A DNA stretch of 60,088 bases, counting the filler, from an uncultured Thermoplasmatales archaeon (lineage in GTDB: Archaea; Thermoplasmatota; E2; DHVEG-1), in assembly GCA_964517155.1 (NCBI GenBank). It is 4 parts of 4 records of this genome, joined end to end, with 100 filler letters (N's around TTAATTAATTAA, not from the genome) between each part and the next. Parts side by side here need not be neighbours in the genome. Positions count along the whole stretch, not along the records: positions 21,658 to 50,929 come from CAZFAZ010000086.1; 3 more parts are not named here. The stretch is one strand, 5' to 3'. Of this stretch, positions 37,667 to 48,415 are shown piece after piece. How positions within the stretch are numbered: the first letter of the stretch is position 1; each line of letters begins with the position of its first letter. Position numbers and translations under genes: made by a program. Below the pieces are notes generated by a model, which saw nothing but the letters and a program-made list of their open reading frames with translations, searched no databases and had not been told where the DNA came from.

Positions 37667-38806
37667 TTGGATTTTAATTTAAATGATGAGCAAAAATTAT
37701 TTCAAAAAGTAATAAAAGAATTTTGTGAAAAAGAAATAAAGCCCTTAGCATCAAAAATAGACAAAGAAGAATATTTCCCAAAAGAACTATACAAAAAAAT
37801 GGGTAAAATGGGTCTTATGGGCATGACTGTTCCACAAGAATACGGCGGATCAGGAATTGATAGAATTAGCTATATGATTGCACTTGAAGAAATAAGTCGT
37901 TATTGCGGCTCTACAGGAATCACTGTTGAAGCACACAATAGCTTAGGGATAGGTCATATATATGAGCATGGAACAGATAAACAGCGTAAAAAATACCTGC
38001 CCAAACTCTGCAGCGGAGAAGCATATGCTGCATGGGCTTTAACAGAACCAAATGCTGGTTCAGATGCTGCGTCAGGTCAGACTACAGCAGTACTTGAAAA
38101 AGATGAATGGGTAATAAATGGTACAAAACAATTCATAACAACAGGCGATATTGCAGATGTAACAACTGTTATGGTAATGACTGATAAATCAAAGGGTGCA
38201 AAAGGAATAAGTGCAATAATCGTTGAAAAAGACACGCCAGGTTTTAAAGTAGGCCAACTTGAGGATAAATTAGGTCTTAGAGGAAGTCACACAGCAGAGC
38301 TTATATTAGAAGACTGCAGAGTTTCAAAAGAAAACCTTCTTGGAGAAGAAGGAAAGGGTTTTACAGGAGCTATGAACATACTTGACAGAGGAAGAACTGC
38401 AATTGGTGCGATGAGTGTTGGTATAGCACGTGCTTCTTTTGAAGATGCACTAGACTATGCAAAACAGAGACAGCAATTTGGCAGACCTATTGGAAAATTC
38501 CAGGCAATTCAATGGATGCTTGCGGATATGGCAACAGAAATTGATGCAGCAAGACTCTTAGTATTTCGTGCAGCTGATATGGAGGATAAAAACATACGAT
38601 TTACAAAAGAAGCATCTATGGCAAAGCTTTTTGCATCTGAAATGGCTATGAGAGCAACTGTCAAAGGCATGCAGATTCTAGGTGGGTATGGATATACAAG
38701 AGAATATCCTTTAGAGAGATATTATAGAGATATAAAATTGTGTACAATTGGGGAAGGAACTTCAGAAGTACAGCGCATGGTTATAGCAAGACAATTAGGT
38801 TTATAA
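37667..38806 (+). CDS. short/branched-chain acyl-CoA dehydrogenase
   Basis: ALTEPNAGSDA, KLGLRGS, R.QFGRPI, GGYGY, IGEGTSEVQR; TTG start. Confidence 0.92.
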   Translation: MDFNLNDEQKLFQKVIKEFCEKEIKPLASKIDKEEYFPKELYKKMGKMGLMGMTVPQEYGGSGIDRISYMIALEEISRYCGSTGITVEAHNSLGIGHIYEHGTDKQRKKYLPKLCSGEAYAAWALTEPNAGSDAASGQTTAVLEKDEWVINGTKQFITTGDIADVTTVMVMTDKSKGAKGISAIIVEKDTPGFKVGQLEDKLGLRGSHTAELILEDCRVSKENLLGEEGKGFTGAMNILDRGRTAIGAMSVGIARASFEDALDYAKQRQQFGRPIGKFQAIQWMLADMATEIDAARLLVFRAADMEDKNIRFTKEASMAKLFASEMAMRATVKGMQILGGYGYTREYPLERYYRDIKLCTIGEGTSEVQRMVIARQLGL

Positions 38807-38831
38807 AAGATTTTTTTATTAGGGGAAAACC

Positions 38832-40466
38832 ATGGCCGAAAAAAAACATAACAATACTTACGAAAAACTTTATAAAAATTTTAAATGGGAAATCCCAAAA
38901 TACTATAATTTTGGTTTCGACGTTGTTGATAAATGGGCTGAGGATAGAACAAAACTTGCTTTAATTTCAATTGATAGAACTGGTAAGCATGACCGTTATC
39001 ATACTTTTTATGATCTGAGTATGGCATCTAATAAATTTGCAAACTTTTTACTTAAAAATGGTGTTAAAAAAGGGGATAGAGTTCTTGTTATATTGCAGAG
39101 TATTCCTGAATGGTATATCACTCTTATAGGTATGTTTAAAATTGGCGTTGTGCCAATGCCAGGCACTGTTCTTCTTACTGCAAAAGATATTGAATATCGC
39201 GTTAACCGGGCAGAGGCATGTATGATAATAACAGATATGGATCATGCAGATATTGTGGAATCAGCTAAGGCAAAATGTCCTACTTTAAAACATATAATGC
39301 TTGTTGATGGTAAACGTGCAGGTTGGTATAATTATGATGAAGAAATGAGTGAGTCATCTGATATTTTATCTGAGAAAGATGCTTGCGAGACTCTTTCAAC
39401 GGACCCTATGCTTATCTATTTTACTTCGGGTACTACGGGTCATCCTAAAATGGTTCTTCATACTCATTCTTATCCGCTGGGTCATGAGGTTACAGCAAAA
39501 TTTGCACAGGCATTAACTGATAAAGATCTTCATTGGACTGTATCTGAAACTGGTTGGGCAAAGGCTGCTTGGGGTAAGTTGTTTGGTCAGATGATAGTTG
39601 GAGCTGCAGTTATCCAATGGGAGACTCCTGGTCGTTTTGATGCAGACGGTTTGTTGCGCGCTATGGAAAAGTATGGTGTTACAACTTTTTGTGCTCCGCC
39701 TACTGTGTATCGTATGCTTATTCAGATGGATCTTTCAAAATATAATCTTAAACTTCGTCATTGTATGAGTGCTGGTGAGCCGCTTAATCCTGAGGTTATT
39801 CGTGTTTGGAAGAAAGCATTTGGCCTTGATGTTTATGATTTTTATGGTCAAACAGAGACTGTATGTGTGCTTTCGAATTTTCCTTTTATGCCTGTTAGAT
39901 ACGGCTCAGTTGGAAAGCCGACGCCAGGTCATGATGTAAGAATTGTAAATGATGATGGTAAAGAAGTTGGAGTAAACGAGGAAGGAAATATTGTAATTTA
40001 TGTAGGTCGCGATGTTAGGCCGCCTGGTCTTTTTAAAGAATACTGGAAGGACAAAGAAATTATGGAAAAAGCATTCCGTGGTAATTATTATTATACTGGT
40101 GATCGTGGTTATAAAGATAAGGATGGTTATTTCTGGTTTGTTGGTCGTGATGATGATGTCATTAAGTCATCTGGTTATCGAATTGGTCCTTTTGAGGTAG
40201 AATCAGCACTTATTGAGCATCCTGCTGTTGCAGAATGTGCAGTTGTAGGTGCAGAGGATCCAAAAGGCATCAGAGGAATTGTTGTAAAAGCAGTTGTTGT
40301 TCTTGCTAAAGGGTTTAAGCCTTCAGATAGTCTTACTAAACAGCTTCAGGAACATGTTAAGACTACAACTGCGCCTTATAAGTATCCGCGTATAATTGAA
40401 TATGCTGATGAGCTTCCAAAAACAATATCTGGTAAAATTCTGAGGAGAGAGCTTAGAAAAAAATAG
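38832..40466 (+). CDS. medium/branched-chain acyl-CoA synthetase (MACS/ACSM-like)
   Basis: YFTSGTTGHPK, GWAKAAWG, YGQTET, SSGYRIGPFEVE, PKTISGKI. Confidence 0.9.
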   Translation: MAEKKHNNTYEKLYKNFKWEIPKYYNFGFDVVDKWAEDRTKLALISIDRTGKHDRYHTFYDLSMASNKFANFLLKNGVKKGDRVLVILQSIPEWYITLIGMFKIGVVPMPGTVLLTAKDIEYRVNRAEACMIITDMDHADIVESAKAKCPTLKHIMLVDGKRAGWYNYDEEMSESSDILSEKDACETLSTDPMLIYFTSGTTGHPKMVLHTHSYPLGHEVTAKFAQALTDKDLHWTVSETGWAKAAWGKLFGQMIVGAAVIQWETPGRFDADGLLRAMEKYGVTTFCAPPTVYRMLIQMDLSKYNLKLRHCMSAGEPLNPEVIRVWKKAFGLDVYDFYGQTETVCVLSNFPFMPVRYGSVGKPTPGHDVRIVNDDGKEVGVNEEGNIVIYVGRDVRPPGLFKEYWKDKEIMEKAFRGNYYYTGDRGYKDKDGYFWFVGRDDDVIKSSGYRIGPFEVESALIEHPAVAECAVVGAEDPKGIRGIVVKAVVVLAKGFKPSDSLTKQLQEHVKTTTAPYKYPRIIEYADELPKTISGKILRRELRKK

Positions 40467-40473
40467 TTTTTTC

Positions 40474-40776
40474 TTATATTTCTTCTTTTATTTCTTTGTA
40501 ATAATTTTTTTCATCTTTTGTTTCTTGATTTTTTGTTATATTATTTTTTATATCTTTTAATTTTAAATATAAGTAGTATTCATCTGATATAAAGAATGGC
40601 TGTTTTAGATTTCCTTTTTCAAATTCATCTTTTAGCTCGGTTGTTATCTCTTCAAGAATTGCGTCTGCTGCTTTGTCTATTAATACATTTATAAGTTCGT
40701 TTGGTAATTGTACTTCTTGTTTGTCTTCTTGATTTTTGTACCAATTTGTTACTTCTTTTAGAATTTTGTTTTTCAT
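40474..40776 (-). CDS. hypothetical protein
   Basis: 100-aa ORF with AGGATGA SD-like sequence. Confidence 0.55.
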   Translation of the reverse strand: MKNKILKEVTNWYKNQEDKQEVQLPNELINVLIDKAADAILEEITTELKDEFEKGNLKQPFFISDEYYLYLKLKDIKNNITKNQETKDEKNYYKEIKEEI

Positions 40777-41015
40777 CTAAAATCATCCTGTCTCCTAGTC
40801 TTGCTTAGAGAGTAGTGTTTATTTGTATAATTCCTCTGTTATTAATTCTTTTGTTTGTTTTTTAGTTTGTGGTGTATTTTAGAGCAATATTCTATAATTA
40901 TTTATTAAAAATACGTTTTGTTATAAAATGTACCAAAATTTAGTTGATTTGATTCAAATTTGAACAATAACCTTTATATATTTCAAAAAATATAAATATA
41001 TGCTGTGATCTAAAA

Positions 41016-41669
41016 ATGGTTACAGTCAGCCACATCGTAAGTAAAATTGTTGATGAAAGGGTATACCTACAAGAGGCAATCGGTAAAGGTATAGCATCAT
41101 ATGGATCGGTTGCAAAACGACTTAAACCAGATATAGAAAAAGAACTTAAAAAAGAAGTAGCACATTATGCGATAGTAGCAGCGCTACGCAGATACGCAGA
41201 AAAAATGGATGTTAGATTCAGAGAAATAAAATTTAACTCAAGCAATTCAGAAGTAAACCTAAAAACAAATATAATAGATATAACAGTACAAAAAACACCA
41301 GCACTTTTTGACAAACTTAAAAAGATATACGATATAATCCATTTTGACCAAGGAGACATACTACACATAATATACGGTAGAAATACAGTAAGTATAGTTA
41401 CAAACGAAAGATACAAAGACCAAATTGCTAGATTCTTACAATTTGAAAAGATATTAAACGTTGAAGAAAACCTTGTAGCACTTTCATTTGCAATAGATAA
41501 AGATCTAGTAAAAACACCTGGAGTTTTATTTCAGATAATTAGAAACTTTGCATGGGAAAGCATAAACATAATGGAAATTATATCTATAGATTTAGAAATG
41601 ATATTTGTAGTAAAAGAAAATGAGGCTGTAGTAGGCTACAAAGCATTACAAAAACTCATAACCGAATAG
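41016..41669 (+). CDS. archaeal HTH + ACT-domain protein (putative amino-acid-responsive regulator)
   Basis: N-terminal ..YLQEAIGKGIASYGSVAK.L...AIVAALRRY; C-terminal ACT TPGVL...WESINIMEIIS. Confidence 0.72.
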   Translation: MVTVSHIVSKIVDERVYLQEAIGKGIASYGSVAKRLKPDIEKELKKEVAHYAIVAALRRYAEKMDVRFREIKFNSSNSEVNLKTNIIDITVQKTPALFDKLKKIYDIIHFDQGDILHIIYGRNTVSIVTNERYKDQIARFLQFEKILNVEENLVALSFAIDKDLVKTPGVLFQIIRNFAWESINIMEIISIDLEMIFVVKENEAVVGYKALQKLITE

Positions 41670-41682
41670 TATTACTTATTTT

Positions 41683-43290
41683 TTACATCCTAAAAACACC
41701 AGGTTTCCAATCAGGAATAGGTGCATTAAGAGCAGCAGAAATACCAAGACCTAAAACAAGTCTTGTATCTGCAGGATCAATTACTCCGTCATCCCAAATA
41801 CGTGCAGTACTATAATACGGACTGCCCTCTGTTTCATATTTTTTAAGGATAGGCTCAGTAATTGCTTTTTCTTCTTCTTTAGTAAGTTCTTTGCCTTTCC
41901 TCCAGAGCTGATCACGCTTTACAGTAAGAAGAACACCTGCTGCTTGCTCACCACCCATAACACTTATACGCGCGTTAGGCCACATCCAAAGCTGACGCGG
42001 TTGATATGCTCGACCGCACATACCATAGTTCCCAGCACCAAAACTACCTGCGATAATCACTGTAAACTTTGGAACATTTGCAGTTGCGACAGCGCTGACC
42101 ATTTTAGCGCCATCTTTTGCAATGCCACCTGACTCATACTTACGACCAACCATAAAACCAGTTATATTTTGCAAAAACACAATTGGTATCTTACGCTGAC
42201 AGCACATCTCAATAAAATGCGTACCTTTCAATGCAGATTCACTAAATAAAACACCATTATTTGCAAGAATTCCAACAGGATAACCTAGTATCCTTGCAAA
42301 ACCACAAACAATAGTCTGACCATACAACTCTTTAAACTCATGAAACTTAGAACCATCAACAACACGAGCAATGATTTCACGTATATCAAAAGGTCTACGA
42401 GAATCCTTTGGGATCACACCATAAATCTCTTTGATATCATAAGCAGGCTCTTCAGGTTCATAAACCTCTAAATAAGTTTTTTCAGAGCGGTTAAGATTCT
42501 CAACGATATTGCGTGTTGTATTAATCGCCTCAGTATCATCATGAGCATAATGATCAGATACACCACTTTCCCTGCAATGAACATCAGCACCACCAAGATC
42601 CTCTGCAGAAACCTCTTCACCAGTAGCTGCTTTAACCAGTGGTGGTCCACCAAGAAAAATTGTTCCAGTGCCTTTTACAATAACAGTTTCATCACTCATA
42701 GCTGGAACATACGCACCACCAGCAGTACATGAACCCATAACCGCTGAAATCTGAGGAATGCCCATCGAACTCATAACTGCCTGATTATAAAATATGCGCC
42801 CAAAATGTTCCCTATCGGGAAACACCTCATCTTGCATAGGTAAAAAAGCACCGCCGCTATCAACCAGATAAATACAGGGCAGGTTGTTTTCCATTGCAAT
42901 TTCTTGAGCACGAAGATGTTTTTTTACAGTCATTGGATAATATGTTCCACCAGTAACAGTTGCATCATTTGCAACAATTACAACCTCTCGACCATGAATA
43001 AGACCAATACCTGTAACAATGCTTGCACAGGGTGCTTTATCATCATACATACCATGCCCAGCAAGTGTGTTAAATTCCATAAAAGGAGTATCAGGATCGA
43101 TGAGTGATTCGATACGTTCACGAGCAAGCATTTTATTTCTTTCTTTATGAAGCCTTATTTTTTCTTCTCCGCCGCCTTTTTGTGCTTGCTTTATTTTATC
43201 TTTTAAATCTTTTACAAGTAACTCATAATGTTTGTAATTTTCTTTAAAATCTTTACTTGATGTATCAATATTACTCTCTATAACATCCAT
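41683..43290 (-). CDS. mccB: 3-methylcrotonyl-CoA carboxylase carboxyltransferase (beta) subunit
   Basis: [61 protein letters not shown]. Confidence 0.9.
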   Translation of the reverse strand: MDVIESNIDTSSKDFKENYKHYELLVKDLKDKIKQAQKGGGEEKIRLHKERNKMLARERIESLIDPDTPFMEFNTLAGHGMYDDKAPCASIVTGIGLIHGREVVIVANDATVTGGTYYPMTVKKHLRAQEIAMENNLPCIYLVDSGGAFLPMQDEVFPDREHFGRIFYNQAVMSSMGIPQISAVMGSCTAGGAYVPAMSDETVIVKGTGTIFLGGPPLVKAATGEEVSAEDLGGADVHCRESGVSDHYAHDDTEAINTTRNIVENLNRSEKTYLEVYEPEEPAYDIKEIYGVIPKDSRRPFDIREIIARVVDGSKFHEFKELYGQTIVCGFARILGYPVGILANNGVLFSESALKGTHFIEMCCQRKIPIVFLQNITGFMVGRKYESGGIAKDGAKMVSAVATANVPKFTVIIAGSFGAGNYGMCGRAYQPRQLWMWPNARISVMGGEQAAGVLLTVKRDQLWRKGKELTKEEEKAITEPILKKYETEGSPYYSTARIWDDGVIDPADTRLVLGLGISAALNAPIPDWKPGVFRM

Positions 43291-43307
43291 AACTTTTTTC
43301 CTCCAAA

Positions 43308-43796
43308 TTATTTCTTTTCAAGCTCTACAGTATTTTGACCAATTTCAATTTGATCATTTTCCTTAAAATTCACTTTTTTAACTTTCCCGTTGAAAGGAGC
43401 ACGGATAAGATACTCCATTTTCATTGCTTCAATTACCATTAAAACATCATCTTTTTTAACGATGCTGCCTTTTTTTGCTTTGACATTTACGACTTTTCCA
43501 GAGATAGGTGAACTAAGATCTCCCTCTTCTTTCTTTTTTGGTTTTTTCTTACCTGTTAATTCCACATGTTTAACCTTGTAAATATTTCCATCGACAAAAA
43601 CATATTTTTCTTTATCTCCATCTGTTATAACTACTTTTACTAGTCTATCACCTATTTTTATCTTGAGTTGCCCTGGTTTTATTTCTTCTGCTTCAACTTT
43701 ATACTCAGTGTTATCATAAGTTATAAAATAGTAATTATCACGTTGCTCAGTAGTAACATTATACACATGATTTTCATGTTCATAATTTATAAACAT
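43308..43796 (-). CDS. biotin carboxyl carrier protein (BT-like domain + biotinyl domain)
   Basis: EAMKME biotinylation motif; own SD GGAGGG and ATG 43796. Confidence 0.88.
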   Translation of the reverse strand: MFINYEHENHVYNVTTEQRDNYYFITYDNTEYKVEAEEIKPGQLKIKIGDRLVKVVITDGDKEKYVFVDGNIYKVKHVELTGKKKPKKKEEGDLSSPISGKVVNVKAKKGSIVKKDDVLMVIEAMKMEYLIRAPFNGKVKKVNFKENDQIEIGQNTVELEKK

Positions 43797-43797
43797 A

Positions 43798-45306
43798 TTA
43801 TTTTCCCTCCTGGCCACTGACACGCCAACGACCAACATGTTTCCAAGGATTATGTGGATCAGCTTCTTTGTATCTAACAAAATCTTTGGATTTCTTATGC
43901 ATGCTGTCATATACGGCAAGTGCGATTATTGCATCAACTGGAAGTCTATCTTTTGCCATAGTCCAATCTTTAAAATAATTATCAATGAAATGGGTTGTTA
44001 TGTTTCCTTTTTTAAATTCCTTATGTTCTAAAACTTTCTTTAAAAAAGAGATATTTGTTGTAACACCCATTATTACATACCTAGAAAGCGCCCAGATCAT
44101 TTTATTTATATTTTCATTACGACTCTCAGCATATGTAACAATTTTTGCAAGCATTGGATCATAATATGGAGTTATTTTTATACCCGTATTAATCCCACTG
44201 TCATCACGTATATTAGGACCTATCGGCACTTCAACTTTTTCAAGTGTTCCTATACTCGGCAAAAAACCATTTGCGGGATCTTCAGCATAAATACGGCATT
44301 CAATTGCATGACCGCGCTGAATTAAATCTTTTTGTTTTATAGTAAGTTTTTCGCCACTTGCAATTTTAAGCTGCCATTTTGCAAGGTCAACTCCAGTTGT
44401 CATCTCAGTTATAGGATGCTCAACCTGAAGACGAGTGTTCATCTCCATAAAATAAAAATTAAGATTGCCGTCAACCATAAACTCTACTGTTCCAGCATTA
44501 GTATAGCCTACAGCTTTTGCAGCAGCAACTGCTGCATCACCCATCTTTTTTCTTAGCTGTTCAGTGATTATAGGCGAAGGTGTTTCTTCAATTATTTTTT
44601 GATGACGTCTCTGAACACTACATTCACGCTCAAAAAGATGAATAACATTTCTGTGTTCATCAGCAAGAATTTGAAATTCTATATGACGTGGTTTATCAAT
44701 ATATTTTTCAAGAAAAACAGTATCGTCACCAAATGCAGATTTTGATTCGCGTTTAGCACTTTCAATTGCTTGGCCTAAAGTATTTTCTGAGTGAACTATA
44801 CGCATGCCTTTTCCGCCACCACCTGAAGCTGCTTTCACAAGTAGAGGAAAACCAATTTTTCTGCCTTCTTCAATTAATGATTTATTATCTTGTTTAACAC
44901 CATGATAACCAGGAATTACAGGAACGCCTGCTTTTTGCATGGTCTTTTTTGCTTCTATTTTATCTCCCATTAAACTAATGACTTTTGGCGTAGGTCCAAT
45001 AAATTTAATGCCAACATCGTTGCAAGAATGAGCAAAATCCGGGTTTTCAGCAAGAAAACCATAACCTGGGTGAATTGCTTCTGCTTTAACTTCACGAGCA
45101 ATTTTGATAATTTTAGGAATATTTAGATAACTTTGAACAGGTGTTGGATCACCAAGGCAGACTGATTCATCAGCAATTTGTACATGAGGTGCCTTTTTAT
45201 CTACATCTGAATAAATAGCAACAGTGCTTATACCTAGTTCTTGGCAGGCTTTAATAATTCTAACAGCAATTTCGCCACGGTTGGCAACAAGTATTTTTTT
45301 AAACAT
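43798..45306 (-). CDS. biotin carboxylase subunit of an acyl-CoA (methylcrotonyl-CoA) carboxylase
   Basis: MFKKILVANRGEIA, HPGYGFLAEN, GGGGKGMR, ERECSVQRRHQK, EMNTRLQVEH, YYDPMLAK. Confidence 0.93.
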   Translation of the reverse strand: MFKKILVANRGEIAVRIIKACQELGISTVAIYSDVDKKAPHVQIADESVCLGDPTPVQSYLNIPKIIKIAREVKAEAIHPGYGFLAENPDFAHSCNDVGIKFIGPTPKVISLMGDKIEAKKTMQKAGVPVIPGYHGVKQDNKSLIEEGRKIGFPLLVKAASGGGGKGMRIVHSENTLGQAIESAKRESKSAFGDDTVFLEKYIDKPRHIEFQILADEHRNVIHLFERECSVQRRHQKIIEETPSPIITEQLRKKMGDAAVAAAKAVGYTNAGTVEFMVDGNLNFYFMEMNTRLQVEHPITEMTTGVDLAKWQLKIASGEKLTIKQKDLIQRGHAIECRIYAEDPANGFLPSIGTLEKVEVPIGPNIRDDSGINTGIKITPYYDPMLAKIVTYAESRNENINKMIWALSRYVIMGVTTNISFLKKVLEHKEFKKGNITTHFIDNYFKDWTMAKDRLPVDAIIALAVYDSMHKKSKDFVRYKEADPHNPWKHVGRWRVSGQEGK

Positions 45307-45310
45307 AATT

Positions 45311-46093
45311 TTATTTGCTCCATTTATTTTTTCTTTTTTCAAGAAAAGCGTTTATTCCTTCTTGTCCTTCTTCTGAAATGCGTAACTCAGAAATTTTTTC
45401 AACAGTAAATCTCTTGTATTTTTCAGCATCCATTTTTATATATGTGTCTATTAGTTTTTTTACTTCAGAGAGTGCATTTGGTCCTGATGATAAAAGAATG
45501 TTTACATATTTTTTAACTTGCTCATCAATTTCTTTTTCAGGTACAACAAAATCTATTAAACCAACTTCTTTTGCATAATTTGAGTCAAATCTTTCACCTG
45601 TTAAAAATAGTCTTCGCATATCAGAAATTTTCATTCTTTTTGAAATATATGTTGATATAACTGCCGGAATTATGCCAAGGTTTACTTCTGAAAAAGCAAA
45701 TTTACAGTCAGGTATTGCAATTGTTATATCGCATGCTGCAAATAGTCCTATTCCGCCTCCAAAGGCATGGCCGTTAATTTTTGCAATTACTGGTTTTGAA
45801 CAGCTGTAAATTGTTTCATATAAATCAAGTAATAGATTACTATCTTTGATATTTTCTGCTTTTGAATAATTCACCATACTTTTCATCCAGTTAAGATCTG
45901 CTCCTGCGCAAAACGATTTACCTTTTGCGGTTAAAATAATAATTCTTGTATCTTTATCTTTGTCAAGTTTTTTAAAACAATCCGTAAGTTCTTTCATAAG
46001 TTTTTCATTCATGGCGTTGTGAACATCGGATCTATTTAAGTAAATCGTAACAACATCTGAATCTTTTGTTAGTTCAATTGTGTCGTATTTCAT
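45311..46093 (-). CDS. enoyl-CoA hydratase, methylglutaconyl-CoA hydratase (LiuC-like)
   Basis: FCAGADLNWMK, GGGIGL..CD, FSEV.LGIIPAVIS, EGQEGINAFLEKR; adjacent to MCC genes. Confidence 0.8.
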   Translation of the reverse strand: MKYDTIELTKDSDVVTIYLNRSDVHNAMNEKLMKELTDCFKKLDKDKDTRIIILTAKGKSFCAGADLNWMKSMVNYSKAENIKDSNLLLDLYETIYSCSKPVIAKINGHAFGGGIGLFAACDITIAIPDCKFAFSEVNLGIIPAVISTYISKRMKISDMRRLFLTGERFDSNYAKEVGLIDFVVPEKEIDEQVKKYVNILLSSGPNALSEVKKLIDTYIKMDAEKYKRFTVEKISELRISEEGQEGINAFLEKRKNKWSK

Positions 46094-46190
46094 AAAGGGC
46101 CTTCCAAAACTGTTTTTCTAGGATTGACCTGGCGATGTTAGGCAAAATAAATAAACTTTTCTAAAGTTTTTACAGCATATGTCGATAAAA

Positions 46191-46973
46191 TTATTTTCCT
46201 TTAAAAACTGGTTTTCGTTTTTCAACAAATGCAGCAACACCTTCTTTAAAGTCTAAAGTTGCTGCAGAGTTAGATGCAGTTATGCTTTCTAATTCAAGAT
46301 GGTCGATCATAGCATTTTCAAGGCTTTTGTTAATTAACATTTTTGCTTTTCCAACAGCAATAGGTGGAAGATTTCTGAATTTTGATATAAATTCTTCAAC
46401 AGTCTCATCGAGTTTTTCAGGTTCTACAACTTTATTTACAATTCCTATTTCCAAAGCTTTTTCGGCTGTGAAAACTTTTGATGTAAGTATATATTCACAG
46501 GCTTTCTGGTAACCAACAACTTTTGTAAAAAATTGTGTCCCGCATCCAGGCGCAAGACCAATTCCTATAAATGCTGTTCCAAATTTTGCATCTTTTGATG
46601 CAATTATTATATCGCAGGCTAAAGCAAGTGAAAGGCCTGCTCCAAAGGCAGCGCCGTTAACTGATGCAATTACCGGTTTTTCCATTGTTCTCATTTCTAT
46701 TACACATTTATGTATGGTTTTGGTTAGTTTTCGCAGGAATTCTGGTTTGTCTTTTGCATCATGCATTTCTTTTACATCACCGCCTCCGCAGAATCCTTTA
46801 CCCGTTCCTTTTATGACAACTGCTATGATGTCATCTTTTTTTGTAGTTTTTTTCAAAACATCATACAGTTCGCATCCAAGTTTCATATCAAATGCATTTA
46901 GTCTCTCTGGTCGATTTAATGTTATATATGCAATATTATTTTTTTCACAGATGGTTAATGTTTCATAGTTCAT
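46191..46973 (-). CDS. enoyl-CoA hydratase/isomerase family protein (PaaG-like)
   Basis: LNRPERLNA, FCGGGD, AFGAGLSLALACD, AF..IGLAP, DFKEGVAAFVEKRKP. Confidence 0.85.
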   Translation of the reverse strand: MNYETLTICEKNNIAYITLNRPERLNAFDMKLGCELYDVLKKTTKKDDIIAVVIKGTGKGFCGGGDVKEMHDAKDKPEFLRKLTKTIHKCVIEMRTMEKPVIASVNGAAFGAGLSLALACDIIIASKDAKFGTAFIGIGLAPGCGTQFFTKVVGYQKACEYILTSKVFTAEKALEIGIVNKVVEPEKLDETVEEFISKFRNLPPIAVGKAKMLINKSLENAMIDHLELESITASNSAATLDFKEGVAAFVEKRKPVFKGK

Positions 46974-47033
46974 TTTTATCAATTTTAGATAAGTAATCTT
47001 TTGGATTTAAAGGTTAACCAAAAATATTAATAA

Positions 47034-47067
47034 ATAGTCAACTATGCACGCCGACGTGGTTAACAAT
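47034..47067. promoter_or_regulatory. BirA operator-like site overlapping the symporter start
   Basis: ATAGTCAAC-N16-GTTAACAAT matches the bipartite TGTtAAC-N14-16-GTTaACA BirA consensus with a T>A change. Confidence 0.7.
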
Positions 47068-48415
47068 GCAGTCTATGCTTACAATTGGAATTATAATTAC
47101 TTATCTTTCTGCATTGATTATTATTGGCTTTTTTAGTTCTAAAAAAATAAAAAACACAAAAGACTTTTTCCTTGCAAATAGAAGTCTTAAAACATTTCCA
47201 TTAACTGCAACGATAACAGCAACTGTTGTAGGAGGATCTGCAACAATTGCGACTGCTAAACTGATTTATTTAAATGGGATTCCTTCAATATGGTTGGATA
47301 TAGGATCAGCAATTGGTCTAATATTCTTAGGATTATTTTTTGCCCAAAAAGTCAGAAAAACAGGATTATTTACTTTATCTGAGATCACAGGTAAATTCTA
47401 TGATGAAAAAGTAAGATTTGCTGCAGCAATACTAATTTTTATCACTCAAATTGCATGGATTTCTCTTTTAATTCAAGGTGCTGGGGCTATAATATACATT
47501 TTATTTCCTTATGATTATACTATACTCTTGACTGTTATCACTATTATCTTCATATTATACACAATATTAGGAGGACAATTCGCAGTTGTTTATACAGATA
47601 TAATCCAATTTATAATTATGATAGCGGGTGTTTGTCTAATTGCAGCACCTTTATTATTTTTAAAAGCAGCACCTGATCTAAATACTATTTCTACCAGTCA
47701 TCTTTCATTTCCAATAAATGAAAATATTGGAATTTTATCAGCAGCATCCTTCTTTTTTATGATGTTTATGCCTAATATTGTTGGACCAGATGTTTATTCT
47801 AAAGTATTGTCTGCAAAAGATGAAAAAACAGCAAAACTTGGAACAATTTATTCAGGTATATTCAGAGCGATATTTGCAATATCAATTGGTTTAATCGCAA
47901 TCTCAGCTATAGTTCTTGTGCCAGGTTTAGATGCTAGTGAAGCTGTTTTTGCAATGCCCAAATCATTTTTGGTTTTAGGGCCTATTTTAAGCGGTATTAT
48001 TCTTGCAGCATTTATCTCTGTGATTTTATCATCTGCAGATTCTGTATTAATCTCATCAACAACGATTTTCAGTGTTGATATCATCAAAAAGAATAATTTA
48101 AAAATGTCAAGGATGATGATATGTGTAATTGGTATTCTTGCATTGTTACTGGCATTATATCTTCAGGATATAGTAGATACCTTGCAACTTGCCTATACTG
48201 TGTTTACCTCCGGTCTTACGTTACCAATTATATTTGGTTTTTATAAAGAAAAAACAAAAGTAACATCAAAAGGTGCATTGGTTAGTTTGATTTTAGGTGG
48301 AGCTGTTTCATTGATATGTTTATATCTTATTCCATCTGTTTCTAGTTATGCTGTGTTAGTTGGAATGCTGTTTTCGGTAATACCATTACTATTATTTAGG
48401 GGAGCTAAAAAATGA
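47066..48415 (+). CDS. sodium:solute symporter (SSS) family protein, candidate biotin transporter
   Basis: DFFLANR, about 13 TM helices, SVILSSADS; overlaps birA; BirA box upstream. Confidence 0.85.
   Translation: MQSMLTIGIIITYLSALIIIGFFSSKKIKNTKDFFLANRSLKTFPLTATITATVVGGSATIATAKLIYLNGIPSIWLDIGSAIGLIFLGLFFAQKVRKTGLFTLSEITGKFYDEKVRFAAAILIFITQIAWISLLIQGAGAIIYILFPYDYTILLTVITIIFILYTILGGQFAVVYTDIIQFIIMIAGVCLIAAPLLFLKAAPDLNTISTSHLSFPINENIGILSAASFFFMMFMPNIVGPDVYSKVLSAKDEKTAKLGTIYSGIFRAIFAISIGLIAISAIVLVPGLDASEAVFAMPKSFLVLGPILSGIILAAFISVILSSADSVLISSTTIFSVDIIKKNNLKMSRMMICVIGILALLLALYLQDIVDTLQLAYTVFTSGLTLPIIFGFYKEKTKVTSKGALVSLILGGAVSLICLYLIPSVSSYAVLVGMLFSVIPLLLFRGAKK

Noticed and set aside
40953..40964. 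TTCAAATTTGAA palindrome upstream of the HTH-ACT gene
   Set aside because: A plausible autoregulatory site, but short, AT-rich and single-copy; not distinguishable from chance
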